From Paragordius varius (lineage: Eukaryota > Animalia > Nematomorpha), in contig OZ176053.1 of assembly GCA_964247055.1 (NCBI GenBank), forward strand, positions 2,108,001 through 2,172,000: DNA of 64,000 bases. The letters run 5' to 3'. The first letter of the stretch is position 1, and every line of letters starts with the position of its first letter. Shown here in pieces: positions 50,888-64,000 of the stretch. The notes under the pieces are model-generated. The model was given only the letters and a program-made list of their open reading frames with translations. It did not search any database and was not told where the DNA came from. The position numbers and the translations under genes were made by a program.

Positions 50888-53800
50888 AAATACAATACAT
50901 TTGTTTGATAAAATCAAATATTTAACTAAACTAATTTATCAATTATAAATTGTTAATGTATTCATACAAACAAGGTGATATTTTACCACCTCGATGAAAT
51001 TAACTAAGGTTTATTTATAATTTTAGTGAAGATAATTTATTGTTATAAGTTTATTCGTGTACAACAAAAATTCAACCAATAATTTTTAGCATAAAGTATG
51101 GCTTTAATTCTTTTTTCGATATTTAAAACGATATAAATCAATAACATAACATTTACATATCAAATTCACCCGTCGAACAATTCATTCAGCCTAAAAATAT
51201 ATTATGTGTGTTTGGGCTTTTATAACTCATCATTAAAATCTATGAAGCTTTATGACATAGCTTATTATTTTTTATTTATTTATATTTTAATTTTAGACAA
51301 AATTTCATTTTTTAATATATATATATATTGGTAATTTATAACCGCAAACACATGATATATTTTTAGGGGGAAATTTAATTGTTCAAAGTAATTTTGTATT
51401 ATTTTGATTTTGGTAGGAGCTTTAAAATGACCAAAATCCCTTTACTAACGGTCAGACCTTTTGTTTTGTTGGACTTAGACTTAAAAAACGATGCTAAACA
51501 CATATTTGATCGAATACCTCACACAAGCAAAAATTTTTCAAAAGCCATCATAAACTATTTGAATGACAAGGTATGAATAAATTAGAAAATTAAAAATTAT
51601 ACGGACAAAACATAACATTGTAAAGACAATTTTTTCTAAAAAGACAACCATTCGAGTTACATTGTTTAAAATTTTAAAGTGTGCAATAGAGATAAATATT
51701 GATTTTTAACACAATCAATTATGTATACATATTTTATAGTGAAAAATAAATAATTTATATGGGAAAAATTTGGATTTAAAAAGTATGGTTGTCTCTTAGA
51801 AAAAAATATTTGTCTTTATATTTTTATGTTTTGTTCGTATAAAATCTAAAAATTAACTAATAAATTTGTTATGTAAGTTATGCATATTTGTTGTTCCAAC
51901 TTTATATGTAAAAAATGTTATATAAGAAAATATTTTACTGTTATTTTGAATATGTTGAAAAGGGTTTTTAATTTTTTTTTCACCTAATAATGCTATTCTA
52001 TGTATGCTTAATTTACTGGTATTCGCTTTTAAAACTACACTTTTATGTAAACTTTAGGTTTGTTCCATGATAGAAAAAGATGTTACCCAACAAATTAGAG
52101 ATCATATTAATCAGCCTCATAAACCATTGATTCGCATACGTATTGAATATGATGAAAAGTATATTTATTATTGCAAATAATGAATACCATTTACAATTCA
52201 AATTCACCCTTGAACAATTCATTGCCCTTGAACAATTTAAATTTACCCTAAAATAAATTATGTGTTTTTAACTCATTATAATGAAATATATTTTTACGGC
52301 ATAGTTTATTATTTTTTCAGCATTATATCAATTTTAAACAGAATTTCATATCTAAAAAATATTATGAGATAAAGGTAATTTTTAACTTTGAAAAACATAT
52401 AATTTACTTTAAGGTGAATTTGGATTGTTTAAGGTTGAATTTGTATTGTCCAAGGATGAATTTGAACTGTAAATGGTATATAATTTTTAAAAATTTAGAT
52501 ATCTTTTACTGAGTATGTTCACTATTTTTTTAGACTTGAATTTTTGAATCCTATCAAATTTGGTCAATCGTTTGTTGATACGGTTGCTAATCCCAAAGAT
52601 ATTATTCATTTCTACAAAAAACCCAGTATATACATATATATATATATATCATTTACAATTCAAATTCGCCCTCAAACAACTCAAATTAACCCTTCTAAAA
52701 TTACCCTTGAACAATTCAAATTCACCCTCAAATAAATTATATGTTTTTTAAGATTAAAAATTACCTCTATTTTTATATATTTTTAAAAAATAATTTTGAT
52801 TCAAATTAGAATAATACTAAAAAAATAATAAAGTATGCCATAAAGATATATTTCATATTAATAATGAGTTATGTTAGTTCGAAAACACACAATTTATTTT
52901 TAGGGTGAATTTGAATCGGACGGTGAATTTGAATTGTTCAAGGGTGAATTTGAACTGTAAATGGTATATATATATATTACTCTCTTTATATTAACAAAAA
53001 AATTACTTGCCTATTACACGTTGACTCAGGGATGTCCAACATAAATGACATCGCGGGATGCATTGGCAAAATATTTTATTAAACATAATCTAATTTATTT
53101 TTAACATTTTTACTAATGTTCATTGCTGGAAGTTCTGAATATTACCAATTTTTTTTAAATAATTAATTTTTACCTGTGTAAATTTAAGAAATTTTTGCAT
53201 GTGAAATTTCTCGCAAACTACAAAAATATTTTAGTTTGCTGCATGTTGGACAGCCCTGGGTTAATAGCTATGATGCAATTGTAATTTTATAATAATTTGA
53301 ATTGATTAAAATAATTTTTAAATAAATTGTATGTAAATAATTGCTGTAATGCATTTAATTTTTAAGGCACTAAATTGAATTTGATCTACTTTTTATAGAG
53401 TTTTTTTCCTATTAAAAAACAATTTTTTTTTCCGGCAAGTTAAGGTAGTTTTAGTAAATTCTATTCTTAACTTATTTTATACCTTTAATCTTTTTTAGGT
53501 GAAAATGAATCCCTTAAGGAGGAAAAATATGCACTAAAAAAGTTTTTGAGCCACACAAATCCAATGTTATTGGCAAATGGAACAAGTTTAGAAACTGATG
53601 CTATTATAACCGTTTCTGGCGTAGAGGAATTAGTTAAAAATTTCCTTGAAAAGGCCGATAACATTAATCAACTCTCTATCCTTTCTGGTAATTTTTGTCT
53701 TCAAACAAGCAATTATCTGGCTGAAATATTAGTTTATTTGTTTTCACAAAACATAGAAGAAATTGTAAAATGTAAACGCAATATAACAATTTTTTATAGT

Positions 53801-56800
53801 TCTTGACAATCGGATCAACTTATTTATAATGAAATTGTTTGTGATAAGAAAAATCAATTTTTAGAATACTTTTGAAAATTATGAATTTCAAATTTTTACG
53901 ATTGCGGGCCGCGTGTTGGATACACCCCTGCTATAAACCTTTAAAAATTTAGTGTAGTTGGTAGTGTTTTAATGCATTATGTATATTATATACTAAATTT
54001 TTATATAAATTTGCATTTTTACTACAAATGTTTTAACAAACAAAACTAAAGTAATTATACAAATCGGTGAAAATTATTTATCATATTTGTTATGTTTGAA
54101 AAATAGGTATTTGTATTTTTTGTGTAAAATTTATATTTTGTTGCCGAAATAATTAATTAATAATTATATTTCCAAGCGTACATTTCCTATACATCATAAT
54201 CTTCTTTGTAATCCAAAATTAGCCAAATTTTATGTATAGTAAGTTAAAATATTTACCCATTCTTTAACGTATGGTAATGAGTAAAAAATAGTTGAAATTT
54301 AATGAATTTTTTCTTAGTTTTGAACTTTATTTTGAGTAATCCAAAAAAGTAAGGAATTACGCATTTGTAAATCGAGTTAGAGTAAATGGCAAAAGTATAA
54401 ATGGTTTTTACATAATAAATGGTTAATTTATTTAATAAACATCTAATTTTGGTTATATTTGTATAACTTTTTGGATAAAAAAACGAAATTTAAAATAACC
54501 GAATATTAGATATTTATTAAATAATAAATTAACTAATTATTTTTTAAAAATCATTTATACGCGTTTTTGCCATTGACTTTAACTTTAATTTGTTTGTAAA
54601 CATATACTTGGATATTTATACCATATACTTACATATTTAATCAATTTTAATTTTTTGGAAGTGTTTATAATATTGTTTTTTATTTTCCACTTGCTAGAAA
54701 AGGGATTAGGTTTAGCCATTCGACAATACATCGATAAACAAGAAAATGACGCGATCGGCGAATTGGTTAATTATCAACTAAATCGCATTCAATCCGATTT
54801 AGAAAATAAGGAAACCGTTAAAGACGAAGACACAGTTGATCAGGAGATTGTTAAGTTTGTTTTATATTTTAGTTTTATTAATAAAAGTTTAGCGTTTGTT
54901 ATGTTTTTATTACAAATCAAGGTGTTTTCGTCCTATCATACTTTTTTATTTAAAAAATTAGCGATTTGGGTTTAATAGTATTGATTTATATCATTTTTGG
55001 GTAATTACAAGGTAATTATAATTATTTTGATACAAGTTAATGTTGGTCAATTGTTAAAACAGTAACGTATGATATTAAACGAATTTTGTTTTCATAATTT
55101 AATAAATTTTAATGGTGTAAGAAAATTTTTTTTACTTTTAACCATTTTTTGTTTTCACCCATAATTTGTTATACTGTAGTGGCAATTGGCAAAAAATAAT
55201 GTGAGTTGACCGACATTAATGTGTGCATACTGGAACTAAATTTAGCGAAATAAATGTGTGTTTATATTTCAAATATATCAGAAAAAAATTTAGTAGATTA
55301 GGGTCATCATATCGTTTGAATTTGAAAAAAGCGCGAATTTTCAAATCTATTATATAGGTTAAACCCACGATTTGGGTTTTTTAAACAGTTGTAAAATTTT
55401 TTTGATTTTTAAAACTGTTACAAAAGAATATTGATAAAATTGTCCTGAAAACACGGTTTTATTCATTTTTTCATTATTTTGTTTAAAAATATTGATTATT
55501 ATACATTAAAGATAACAAGCATTTTTGTACAAATGTTGTACTTTTTTTACAATTAATATATTTTTAACAGTGCATGCATAATTTTTTTATTTTGCATATC
55601 GAATTTTATATAAAAATATATTTTAATAAAAATTAAAACTGAAGTTCGGGCATTAGCTATTTTATGAAACCATTTTTAAACAAAAAATATATATTAAATA
55701 TTTAACCTTATTTTGAGTACATTACGATTTTAAAACATAAATTAATCTTTTCATGCGGGAATTGAAACCAGAATTGAAAATTTATTTTGAATTGATACGA
55801 TTTTAAGCTTACCTGATTTTTTAAAAATTAAATATTAGAGAAAATTAAACTAAAAGACACAACGCACAAAACACATTTTTATCCAAATGACAACTTTTTA
55901 TATTTTAAACGTATCGTTTAGGGTTTGTCGAATAAGGATTAAAGTAGTAAACAGTTAATAACCCCAAACAATTGTATCACTTAGGATAATATGTTAACTT
56001 AAGATTTAAAATCTGTGGCTGATTAAAATATTTGCTATTAATGTGTTTAATATAATCTTAATTTTTCTTATATTCAAATGGTCATGAAACATATAATGAC
56101 CCTAAATTTTCTGACAATCTGGTTTTTTTAGGAATTTGAGGTCCATAGTTTTTAAATGGGGACAAAAAGAGTTGAAAATAAGTATCAAGATACAGTATGC
56201 ATTTTATTTTTAAGCATAATTTTCACCTATAGTTGGGCGATTTGCAACACAGTAGTGTATGGGAAAAAGAAAGGAAATTGTTTATTCAACATTTTGTTGT
56301 TTTCCCATACGCTATTGTTTTGCAAATTGGCCAAAGTGTGAAATAAGCAACCATTTTAATGCATATTGTAAATGGTTTTACATTTTATTTTTAAGTATAA
56401 TTTTGACTTTGTTTTGTCATTGTCCGTTAGATTTAAAGAGAATCGCTTGATTAAACAATTAACACAAGAGGAAAGAGGGAAAATGATCAAACCCTTATTA
56501 AATTTAGTATCGCAATCAACTTTATCTACAACTACGTCTCCTGGCCCAAAATTTGGCACAAAACCCAACAAAAAACCCAATAAAAAATCAAATAAGCCAG
56601 TAAATATTTTATTTAAAAGAATTAACGAAAAAAGGAGTTATTTTTTTGATAACAGACAACATAGTTTTTATCATAATTTTTTTATAAAACTTCATGATTA
56701 TATTTGTAATATGCCTAAAACTTGTTAAATTACGCAAAAAACCAAGGTTTTTAAATTATCATTGTCGTGTTTTCAAAATATATGTGTATCATTTATGTTT

Positions 56801-59139
56801 TGTCATTATATATACAGTAAAAGTGAAATTATACGGGAAAAACGTTAAATTACGGCAAATATTTTTTTTCGAAAAGATAACCATACTTTGTAAATCTTGA
56901 TTTTTAAAATAACTCATTGTTTTAAACTGGAAGTAATAAATAGATATATATATATATATATATTGCTAAATCAATTATCTATTTCACAATTGTAATTAAA
57001 TGATTGTATAGAATAAATTAAGGTTTAAAAAAGTATATATGTCTTTCAAAAAAATTTTTTTTTGTCTTCTTTAAATTTTTACGTTTTATCCGTTTAATTC
57101 CAATTTTTACTCACTCTATAATGTTTAAGGATGAATTATTTGAGAGTGAACATAACGCAGAATTGCAAAATGATTTTTTGCTTGATGACCCAAGACAACT
57201 ACCCAATGAAATAGATGATGACGAAGCTTTAAATGATATAGGTTAGATTTTAAATTTCAATCTTAGCAATATATATGATTAAACTCCGATTTTTTCTCTG
57301 CCCATTATTTTTGTGCTTTAATTCACATTTACGCTTTCTTTTTTAATTATTTTTTATTATACATTTTGCTGTTCAATGTTATTAGCGAGCATAAATAATG
57401 TTTTTGGAGTATTATGGACACTCATATTACAATAATTTGTCGAAGTATTTTTTTATTGCATTTTTATGCTACACATTGATAGGTAATCTAATTATACATA
57501 ATTTAAACCTTTTGTAGTTTGAATGTTCCTGCTTACCTTAAATAATATTGTCTCTTAGGTCATAGTAATAAGATATTACAAATTTATTTGTAACTATTAG
57601 CGCTCTTAAATTGGTGGTTAAGTATCGTTTAAAGCACAGCTCAAAAATATTAAATAGAGATATAAATTTTATCATCATTATTGTTTTTCTTATACAGTTT
57701 TAGAGAAAGAAAATCAAAGACCTAATCATGATATTATAAGCAAACCAAACCCTGTAGCAAACAACAATACTAATCGTTCTAAACGAAATTTGCCCGACCC
57801 AAAAATGGATTTATTTAACAATGTTCCTTCACGCCAACAGAAGCAATCAAATATGACAAATTTTTTAAGCCATTCACCATCGAATGAGCGTATTGACCAT
57901 AATGTCAAATTAAACACGGAAGAAATAAATGCGACGGATTTCACATTAAAAACTACGACAAATCAAAGCAATATGAGTCCTTCATCCAGTTCTCTATTTT
58001 CTGAAACTTTGTCGCCCAAGCATACAGGTTAATTACTTAGAAAGATAGGTTCCTGTGAATAAACACCACACCTAACCACTAACATATACCCTTTAACAAT
58101 TTGTGTTTTTGGTTAAATATAATTCATCATTAATATAAAATAATTTACGACATTTATTGTTTTTTTAGCATAGTATTTTAAACAGAATCTTATATCTAAA
58201 AATATTAAAAAGGTAATTTTTATCTTAGAAAAACACAATTTATTTTAGGGTGAATTTGAATTGTAAATGGTATACTAGAATTTTTGTTGAAGAGAATCCA
58301 TAGTTTTTACCATAATATTGTCTTCATAACTTAAATTATCAAAATTTGAAGTATATAATAATGTATGTTACCGATCTAAATTACTATAAACTGTCGAAAT
58401 ATTTTATATATATGTAATAAAATACTTTAGTAATTTTTATGTGTTAAATAAATTAGCTCATATATTCTTAAAAGGGATATGAAAAGTTATATTTAAGCTT
58501 AAATAAAAAGGTAATGTTTTATACATTTTTCATGAAAATAAGAACGAAAACTCTAACTATTTTTCAAAGGATTATATGGTGTTTCAGTCTGAAATCTCAC
58601 AATTCCCATTCAATGTGCTTAATGTTATATCATAAGACAATTTTTTCTGTTTGGGTTTGACAATAATTTAGTTATGTTAGATTTGAACTTTTTTAAGAAA
58701 ACAAGGTTTTTATCTGACATACATCACTTTTCTACTTTTCATCCTAAGATCAAATATAAAATTATCGGTATATAATATCTCAAGCCTATTGATATAGTAT
58801 AGATATTTGATTTTTTTATATCATTAAACAAAAAAGTATAATTTTTATTTTACAGACGCTAATAAAAATAAAACCCAAGCAGTACCCATTTACGATACAA
58901 GTGATGACTTAGTTAGCACATCCGAAGAAGATGAAGAGCTTTTACCTAAGCGACCAGTAAGAAAGGTATATTTTTTTAATAGTTTAGAATTTTTTTCGGT
59001 GATATTCTATTCCTTATTTATTTTTATAAATTTACCGTTTTTTGATAAACAAATAAGGTAGATTATTTATACCCCATTTTCTTTTTGGAAAATATTTTAC
59101 GAATCCACATCTTTAATCAAATATTAATTGTGTTTTAAA

Positions 59140-59198
<59 letters not shown>

Positions 59199-60033
59199 CT
59201 GTTTACATAAATGCTTAAAATATATACATACAGTAAAAATTGAAATTATGCGGACAATACGTAAAAATATAAACATAAATATTATTTTGAAGACAACCAT
59301 ACTTTTCAAATCTCGATTTTTTAAATTATATCATTCTTTAAAATTGCAATGTATGAAGTATTTATGTAAATGGTAATCACCTATACAATTGTAATTTAAT
59401 AATTTATATGAAAATTAAAAAAGTATGGTTGAATGTTTATAAAAATTAGTATCTATATTTTTACGCTTTGTCCGTATAATTTTAATTTTACTATACATCT
59501 ATTAATATATATACAGTCATCTATCCATTATTTTATCAAACTATTTTTTTTCGTTAAATGTGTATAAATATTTGGTAAAAAATGGAAAAAACAAGAACTA
59601 TGGTATTACTTATACTTGATGAATATGATATTGTTAATACCATAAAGCTCTTGTTTCCATTCTTTACCAAATATTAATACCCATTAAAAAATAAATTTTT
59701 GATAAAATAAAGGATACATGACTCTGTATATACTCTCCAAAAAATTTTTTAAATTAATTTATAATATAGATATCATCAAAACCAGCTGTTCCTTCTAAAT
59801 TGGGAAATAATGAAAAGGGACGTAAAAAGAAAACGGTTTTAACTTCAAATACCACAAATAAAAATCTTAACAGTTCTTCTCAGCAACTATCATTTATATC
59901 CAATGGTGCCCCAAAGCAAAAAAAACCCAAAATTTATCAAGGGAACCAAACTTCCACACGTTCAAAACAAGGCAACTTAACTACCGAAAGTTATAAAATT
60001 AAGCCACCTCAAAAGAAAAAATTTAAAATTTGA
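46541..60033 (+). CDS. MRE11: Double-strand break repair nuclease MRE11, 16 exons, 928 aa
   Basis: Exons 46541-46668, 46692-46856, 47452-47795, 48524-48581, 48703-48985, 49857-49987, 51417-51570, 52058-52158, 52534-52625, 53499-53687, 54698-54854, 56431-56599, 57130-57241, 57698-58027, 58856-58965, 59770-60033 (2787 nt, phases consistent). All five phosphoesterase motifs are intact ([30 protein letters not shown]), plus [21 protein letters not shown] and [10 protein letters not shown]. Exons 12-16 are low-complexity and less certain. Confidence 0.93.
50025..50225 (+). repeat. Hairpin repeat family D, copy 2
   Basis: Same GAGCTCTATGGTA/TACCATAGAGCTC stem and tail as the copy at 37776. Confidence 0.8.
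50284..50465. mobile_element. MITE family E
   Basis: CAGTATGCATTTTAATGGTTGCTTATTTCACAC ... GTGTGAAATAAGCAA. Confidence 0.8.
50841..50884. repeat. (TA)n microsatellite
   Basis: Pure TA run. Confidence 0.9.
51583..51846. mobile_element. MITE family A
   Basis: Family A TIRs. Confidence 0.7.
52185..52478. mobile_element. MITE family B
   Basis: TACCATTTACAATTCAAATTCACCC ... GAATTTGAACTGTAAATGGTA. Confidence 0.8.
52648..52966. mobile_element. MITE family B
   Basis: CATTTACAATTCAAATTC ... GGGTGAATTTGAACTGTAAATGGTA. Confidence 0.8.
53027..53258. mobile_element. hAT-type MITE (family G)
   Basis: TIR CAGGGATGTCCAACAT / ATGTTGGACAGCCCTG. Confidence 0.7.
56193..56368. mobile_element. MITE family E
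   Basis: CAGTATGCATTT ... GTGTGAAATAAGCAACCATTTTAATGCATATTG. Confidence 0.75.
56815..57111. mobile_element. MITE family A
   Basis: Family A TIRs. Confidence 0.7.
58087..58272. mobile_element. MITE family B (eroded)
   Basis: Family B interior and the right end GGGTGAATTTGAATTGTAAATGGTA. Confidence 0.65.
59150..59195. repeat. (TA)n microsatellite
   Basis: Pure TA run. Confidence 0.9.
59231..59493. mobile_element. MITE family A
   Basis: CAGTAAAAATTGAAATTATGCGGACAATACG ... CGCTTTGTCCGTATAATTTT. Confidence 0.8.
59545..59730 (+). repeat. Hairpin repeat family D, copy 3
   Basis: Diverged copy of the same stem-loop and tail. Confidence 0.75.
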
Positions 60034-60186
60034 TATATAACCGATATATATACAATATTATAGCTATTCAATTAATAAATACTATATAAATCTAGAAGTA
60101 GCGATATGGTAAGTTGGGTTTTTAAACGGTTAATATATTTAATTTATGTATTTGGAAATTTTTGGAAAATTGGTAGAATGTTATAT

Positions 60187-60455
60187 ACCGTTTTACGGAC
60201 AAAACGTAAATGTAAAGACAAATATTTTTTTTAAAAGCCAACCATACTTTTTTAATTATAATTTTTCTTATATAAGATATTTACAATTGTAAAATGTATA
60301 ATTAATTGTGTTACCAATAAACATCTCTATTTCATATTTTGCAATTTTAAACAATGTAAATTTAATAAATCGAAACTGAACAAATATGGTTGTCTTAAAA
60401 AAAATATTTGTCTTCATCTTTTTACTTTTTGTCCGTATCACTTCAATTTTTACTG
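60187..60455. mobile_element. MITE family A
   Basis: Family A TIRs, left tip eroded. Confidence 0.7.
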
Positions 60456-60736
60456 TATTTTAAAAAGAGTTAAATATTTATCGATTTCCTAGGATAAATT
60501 TTACATAATATTCAATAAATATTTATCCATATAATTTTTGGCTATTTTATATATTATGGCTGAGAAATATAGATGACGGCAAAATCATAAAATTAATTGA
60601 TAAATAAGGTCACTTTATATCAAAATAAATATTCGCCTAAATGTTTGTATATTGCACTTGTTTAAAAATCTACTTGAAAATTGTATAAAAATTAATATAA
60701 ATAGTTTGAAAAAAAGTTACTGTATATCAAATTTAG

Positions 60737-61024
60737 GTAGAAAGATTGATAATTATACAAACATAACGTAAAAATCTAAAGATTATTTTTTTTAAAAAAC
60801 AACCATACTTTTTTAACCTTAATTTTTCACAAATAAATTTATAATTACGATTACAATAGATGTATATTTGTTTGTGTTACCAATATACATATATAATTCT
60901 TTGCAATTTTAAAGAGTGGTTATTAGCAAAAAAATAAGATTTAAAAAGTAATAGTTGTCTTTTAGAAAAAAATATTTGTTTTATATGTTTACTTTGTGTC
61001 CGTATAATTCTAAATTTTTACTCT
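60737..61024. mobile_element. MITE family A
   Basis: Family A TIRs. Confidence 0.7.
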
Positions 61025-61048
61025 AAGTAAATTAATAATTATTACACA

Positions 61049-64000
61049 TTAAAAATGGTAGGGTGGACTCTTTAAGGTATACCACCGTGGTAAAACATCA
61101 CCAAAATTATAATCTTTGAGTGGGATAATTACATCACCTATCGTACTATTTTTACCGAACATTTCACGATTAAGTACACTAATTTGGAGGGAGTAAGTTC
61201 TTAATTCTTCACTATATATGGGTTTATACTCCAACATTTCATTGAAGATGGGGTGAGCCGTTTTAAATTTCGTTTTAGTTTTTCGTTTCGCTAATCGAGA
61301 CCGAACAGGTAACAAATACATTTTAACGTACGGATTTGGGACATGGAAGGCGCCATGATGTTGTCTGTATGTTGTTTGAGGTGAATCGTGTTTCTGTGTT
61401 GAGCTTGTTAGAGACGATGAGGTAAACGATGATGAACCTTTTTTTTCATATATGTAAAAAAATGATTATACAGGCACGCACATTTATGTTGGATGGCTTA
61501 TTCACTATATTTTTCGTCAGTTAATACAACCATATACTAAAAAAAGACACAAAAAATAAATAATTAATGGACAACAACTTTGAGTGGAAAACAAAAGAGT
61601 CCATATGGGATCAATCATCAAGAATGACTTTCCATATATCACTCATCTTTTGTCCCTCCTCTCGGTTAAAGTTGTTTCCTTTGAGAATCTCTAATGATTC
61701 CCGCGTAAGCCTTTGAATTTTATTGAAAATTGTAATGCAACTGACATTGTCAAAGGAAACATTATGATTTTCCTTCCAACAATGTTCCGCAATACAACTC
61801 TTAAAATGTCTATTCTTTATGTTATACTTGTGTTCATTCAGGCGGTTGCATTACAATTTTCAATAATAATCAAAGGCTTACGCGGGAATCATTAGAGATT
61901 CTCAAAGGAAACAACTTTAACCGAGAGGAGGGACAAAAGATGAGTGATATATGGAAAGTCATTCTTGATGATTGATCTATGGACCCTTTTGTTTTCCACT
62001 CAAAGTTGTTGTCCATTATTTATTTATTTTTTGTGTCTTTTTTTTAGTATATGGTTGTAAATTAATTAAATTGTGTTCGACATGGTTTAAACCACTCTCA
62101 ATGACAAATGGTTTTAACTTATCATTTGTTAAGAAAAAAACAACAATAAACGTTTTTAAAAAATTGTATATAAAGAACCATTTTATCCATACTCATTTAT
62201 ATAATTTTTTTTACGCTGAGGACGGACACACGTTAAAATGTCCGAAACCGTTCGAATTTTATTTATTCTATGACACGTTTTAAATATTCCATATTTTTAT
62301 ACTATTCACGTGTCGAAAATAATTTATATTGTTCAGTTAATACAATAGCATTTGTTATAAAAACAAATTCATAATATAAAAAGCAATGTTGTTTAAGTTC
62401 AACATTTTGTTGTTTTTTTCCAAAACCTACTGTGTTGCCAATTAACCAACTTTAATGTGAATAAACCAGTCTAATTATATATACTGTAAAAGTTGTTTTT
62501 TAAAGTAAAAATTAAAATTATACAGAGACAAAACGGTTTAAAATTAAAAAGCCATTCTGGTTTTGGTAGAGACATGTTGGTATATATATTTATAATATAA
62601 CTTAAATTTGTTTTATAGTTTATGTGGTAACAGATCAAGGTTGAAAAAGTATGGTTGTATTTTTGAATAGCTGTCTTTAAATTTCTGCGTTTTGCCTGTA
62701 TAATTTCTATTTTTACTTTATAGTTATTATCAATGATTATAGGAATATTACTACAACAATTATATATTTAAAAATTATGGATTTGAAAGTGTTGGAACTA
62801 AAATTATCACTTCGATTCGAATTGAGGTATCTAAATACCCTACATAATATTATGTTGATATTTAAAAAAACTACTGAAAAAAACGGTTCCAACTTATATT
62901 TATGCTTCTATCCTAATAAAAATGATATAAATAGTCAAAATATCTAAAAAAAAAGTTTTGGAAAAAAAGTTCCGTATCAAACTACTTGGACGCCATTTTT
63001 TAACAACGTTATTGCAAAATATCGTGTTATTCAATTCTAAGCCAAATCTACTTTTTTTATTAACATATTTAGCATTGATCAGAAAAAGTGGTATATTTTT
63101 TATATTTTGCCTACAGATGTCATCTTTGCTAAATTTTTACCTTTAGGTTTAACATAATAAGTATCAAGTATTTTTGAATAATTTTTTTTTATTATATTTC
63201 GGTTTATTAATTTTATATAAGTGGTTTCAATTTAATATATATTTTTTAAAATATTTAATTTTAAACAAGCTTGGGGAATTTAACAACCCAAATTGAATCG
63301 AAGGACAGAAATGAATGAGCTGTATATCAGCTAATCATGCAATTTTCATATGTGCTTACATTAATCCGTCAAAACTAAAGTATACGGTTAGGCATAAAAT
63401 AATTGTTGTAGGATATCTTACGAAAAACGAATATTGCTTCAATTTTTACATAACAAAAGTTTTAACAATATAAACACATCTTTATTGGACGTAGACATAT
63501 ATTCAAATTATATGATTACTATTTTAGTCAATAAATTGATAACATTACGTTTAGCTATGTTAAAATAATAATTTGAATTCTCTTATCAACTTATTTGTTA
63601 ATTATATTATATCTTAAGTCCCCCAAAAAAATTGTTTGTTCTAACCTTTAGATTTTAACTTGGTTTTCTTAGTTTCGTGTGATGCAGCAGACCCCTCATC
63701 TCCCACTGTCAATTTATTTGAATCAGGGATATTTTTGTTTTGAGCAACAGTAGTTAGTATACACTCGTTCGGAGCCAATTCAACATATTCATCAGTAATG
63801 TCGATGGATTGAATGGTAGGGAATATGGTTTTTGCACTGGCCCCCATTTTAGGTTGTTTTCGGGTGGATAAAAGAGGTGAGGGTAACTTTCCTACTCGTC
63901 CTGTATGGCCACCAGAAGGGAGGAAATGGCTAAAGAATGATGATGTACTTGAACTTTTGTGTGATTTATTTAACAACAACGGCGAATTGTTTGAGCACGG
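61049..64000 (-). CDS. PIK3C2A: Class II phosphatidylinositol 3-kinase (PI3K-C2), 3' end with the C-terminal C2 domain; partial
   Basis: Terminal exon 61437-61049 encodes PNPYVKMYLLP..SRLAKRKTK...PIFNEMLEY...EELR...LQISVLN......IGDVIIPLKDYN......WYTL and then a stop. This matches the PNPYVKTYLLP / KRKTK / PTFNEMLVY / LPLKDFN / WYQL pattern of the terminal C2 domain of class II PI3K better than synaptotagmin-like proteins. The upstream exon (>64000-63646) is open to the window edge and joins in phase 1. Confidence 0.75.
61527..62057. mobile_element. Young foldback/MITE with about 215-bp near-perfect inverted arms
   Basis: 61525-61741 pairs with 61845-62059 around a 103-bp spacer; TA[CAACC...GGTTG]TA. 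Confidence 0.85.
62503..62718. mobile_element. MITE family A (diverged)
   Basis: Degenerate family A TIRs. Confidence 0.6.
62808..63315 (+). repeat. Interspersed repeat family I, uninterrupted copy
   Basis: Colinear with 42910-43844 but lacking the family B insertion. Confidence 0.75.

Overview
AT-rich animal (eukaryotic) genomic DNA; no prokaryotic features. Four conserved genes were reconstructed by hand from GT-AG splice sites with frame checks: a very long Wnt1/wingless-type gene (+, 8395-14253, 6 exons, 749 aa), coatomer zeta (+, 44148-45466, with five introns of only 22-34 nt), MRE11 (+, 46541-60033, 16 exons, 928 aa) and the 3' end of a class II PI3K (-, 61049->64000). The best novel candidate is invisible to the ORF track: a putative ~40-exon micro-exon gene on the minus strand (38444->27630). 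It has a signal-peptide first exon, 36 of 38 internal exons have lengths divisible by 3, and ten exons are exactly 21 nt and encode heptad-like helical units. This architecture recalls Schistosoma micro-exon genes; it is a by-eye model and needs RNA-seq. Other content: a 10.4-kb 20/21-bp minisatellite array with a 2888-bp higher-order duplication, possibly enclosed by hAT-type transposon ends; a 3'-truncated, nematode-like 5S rRNA copy next to a small unknown repeat family; and a dense set of MITEs, foldback palindromes, a Helitron-like element and an RTE LINE fragment. The organism is not determined; a nematode relative is suggested by inference only.
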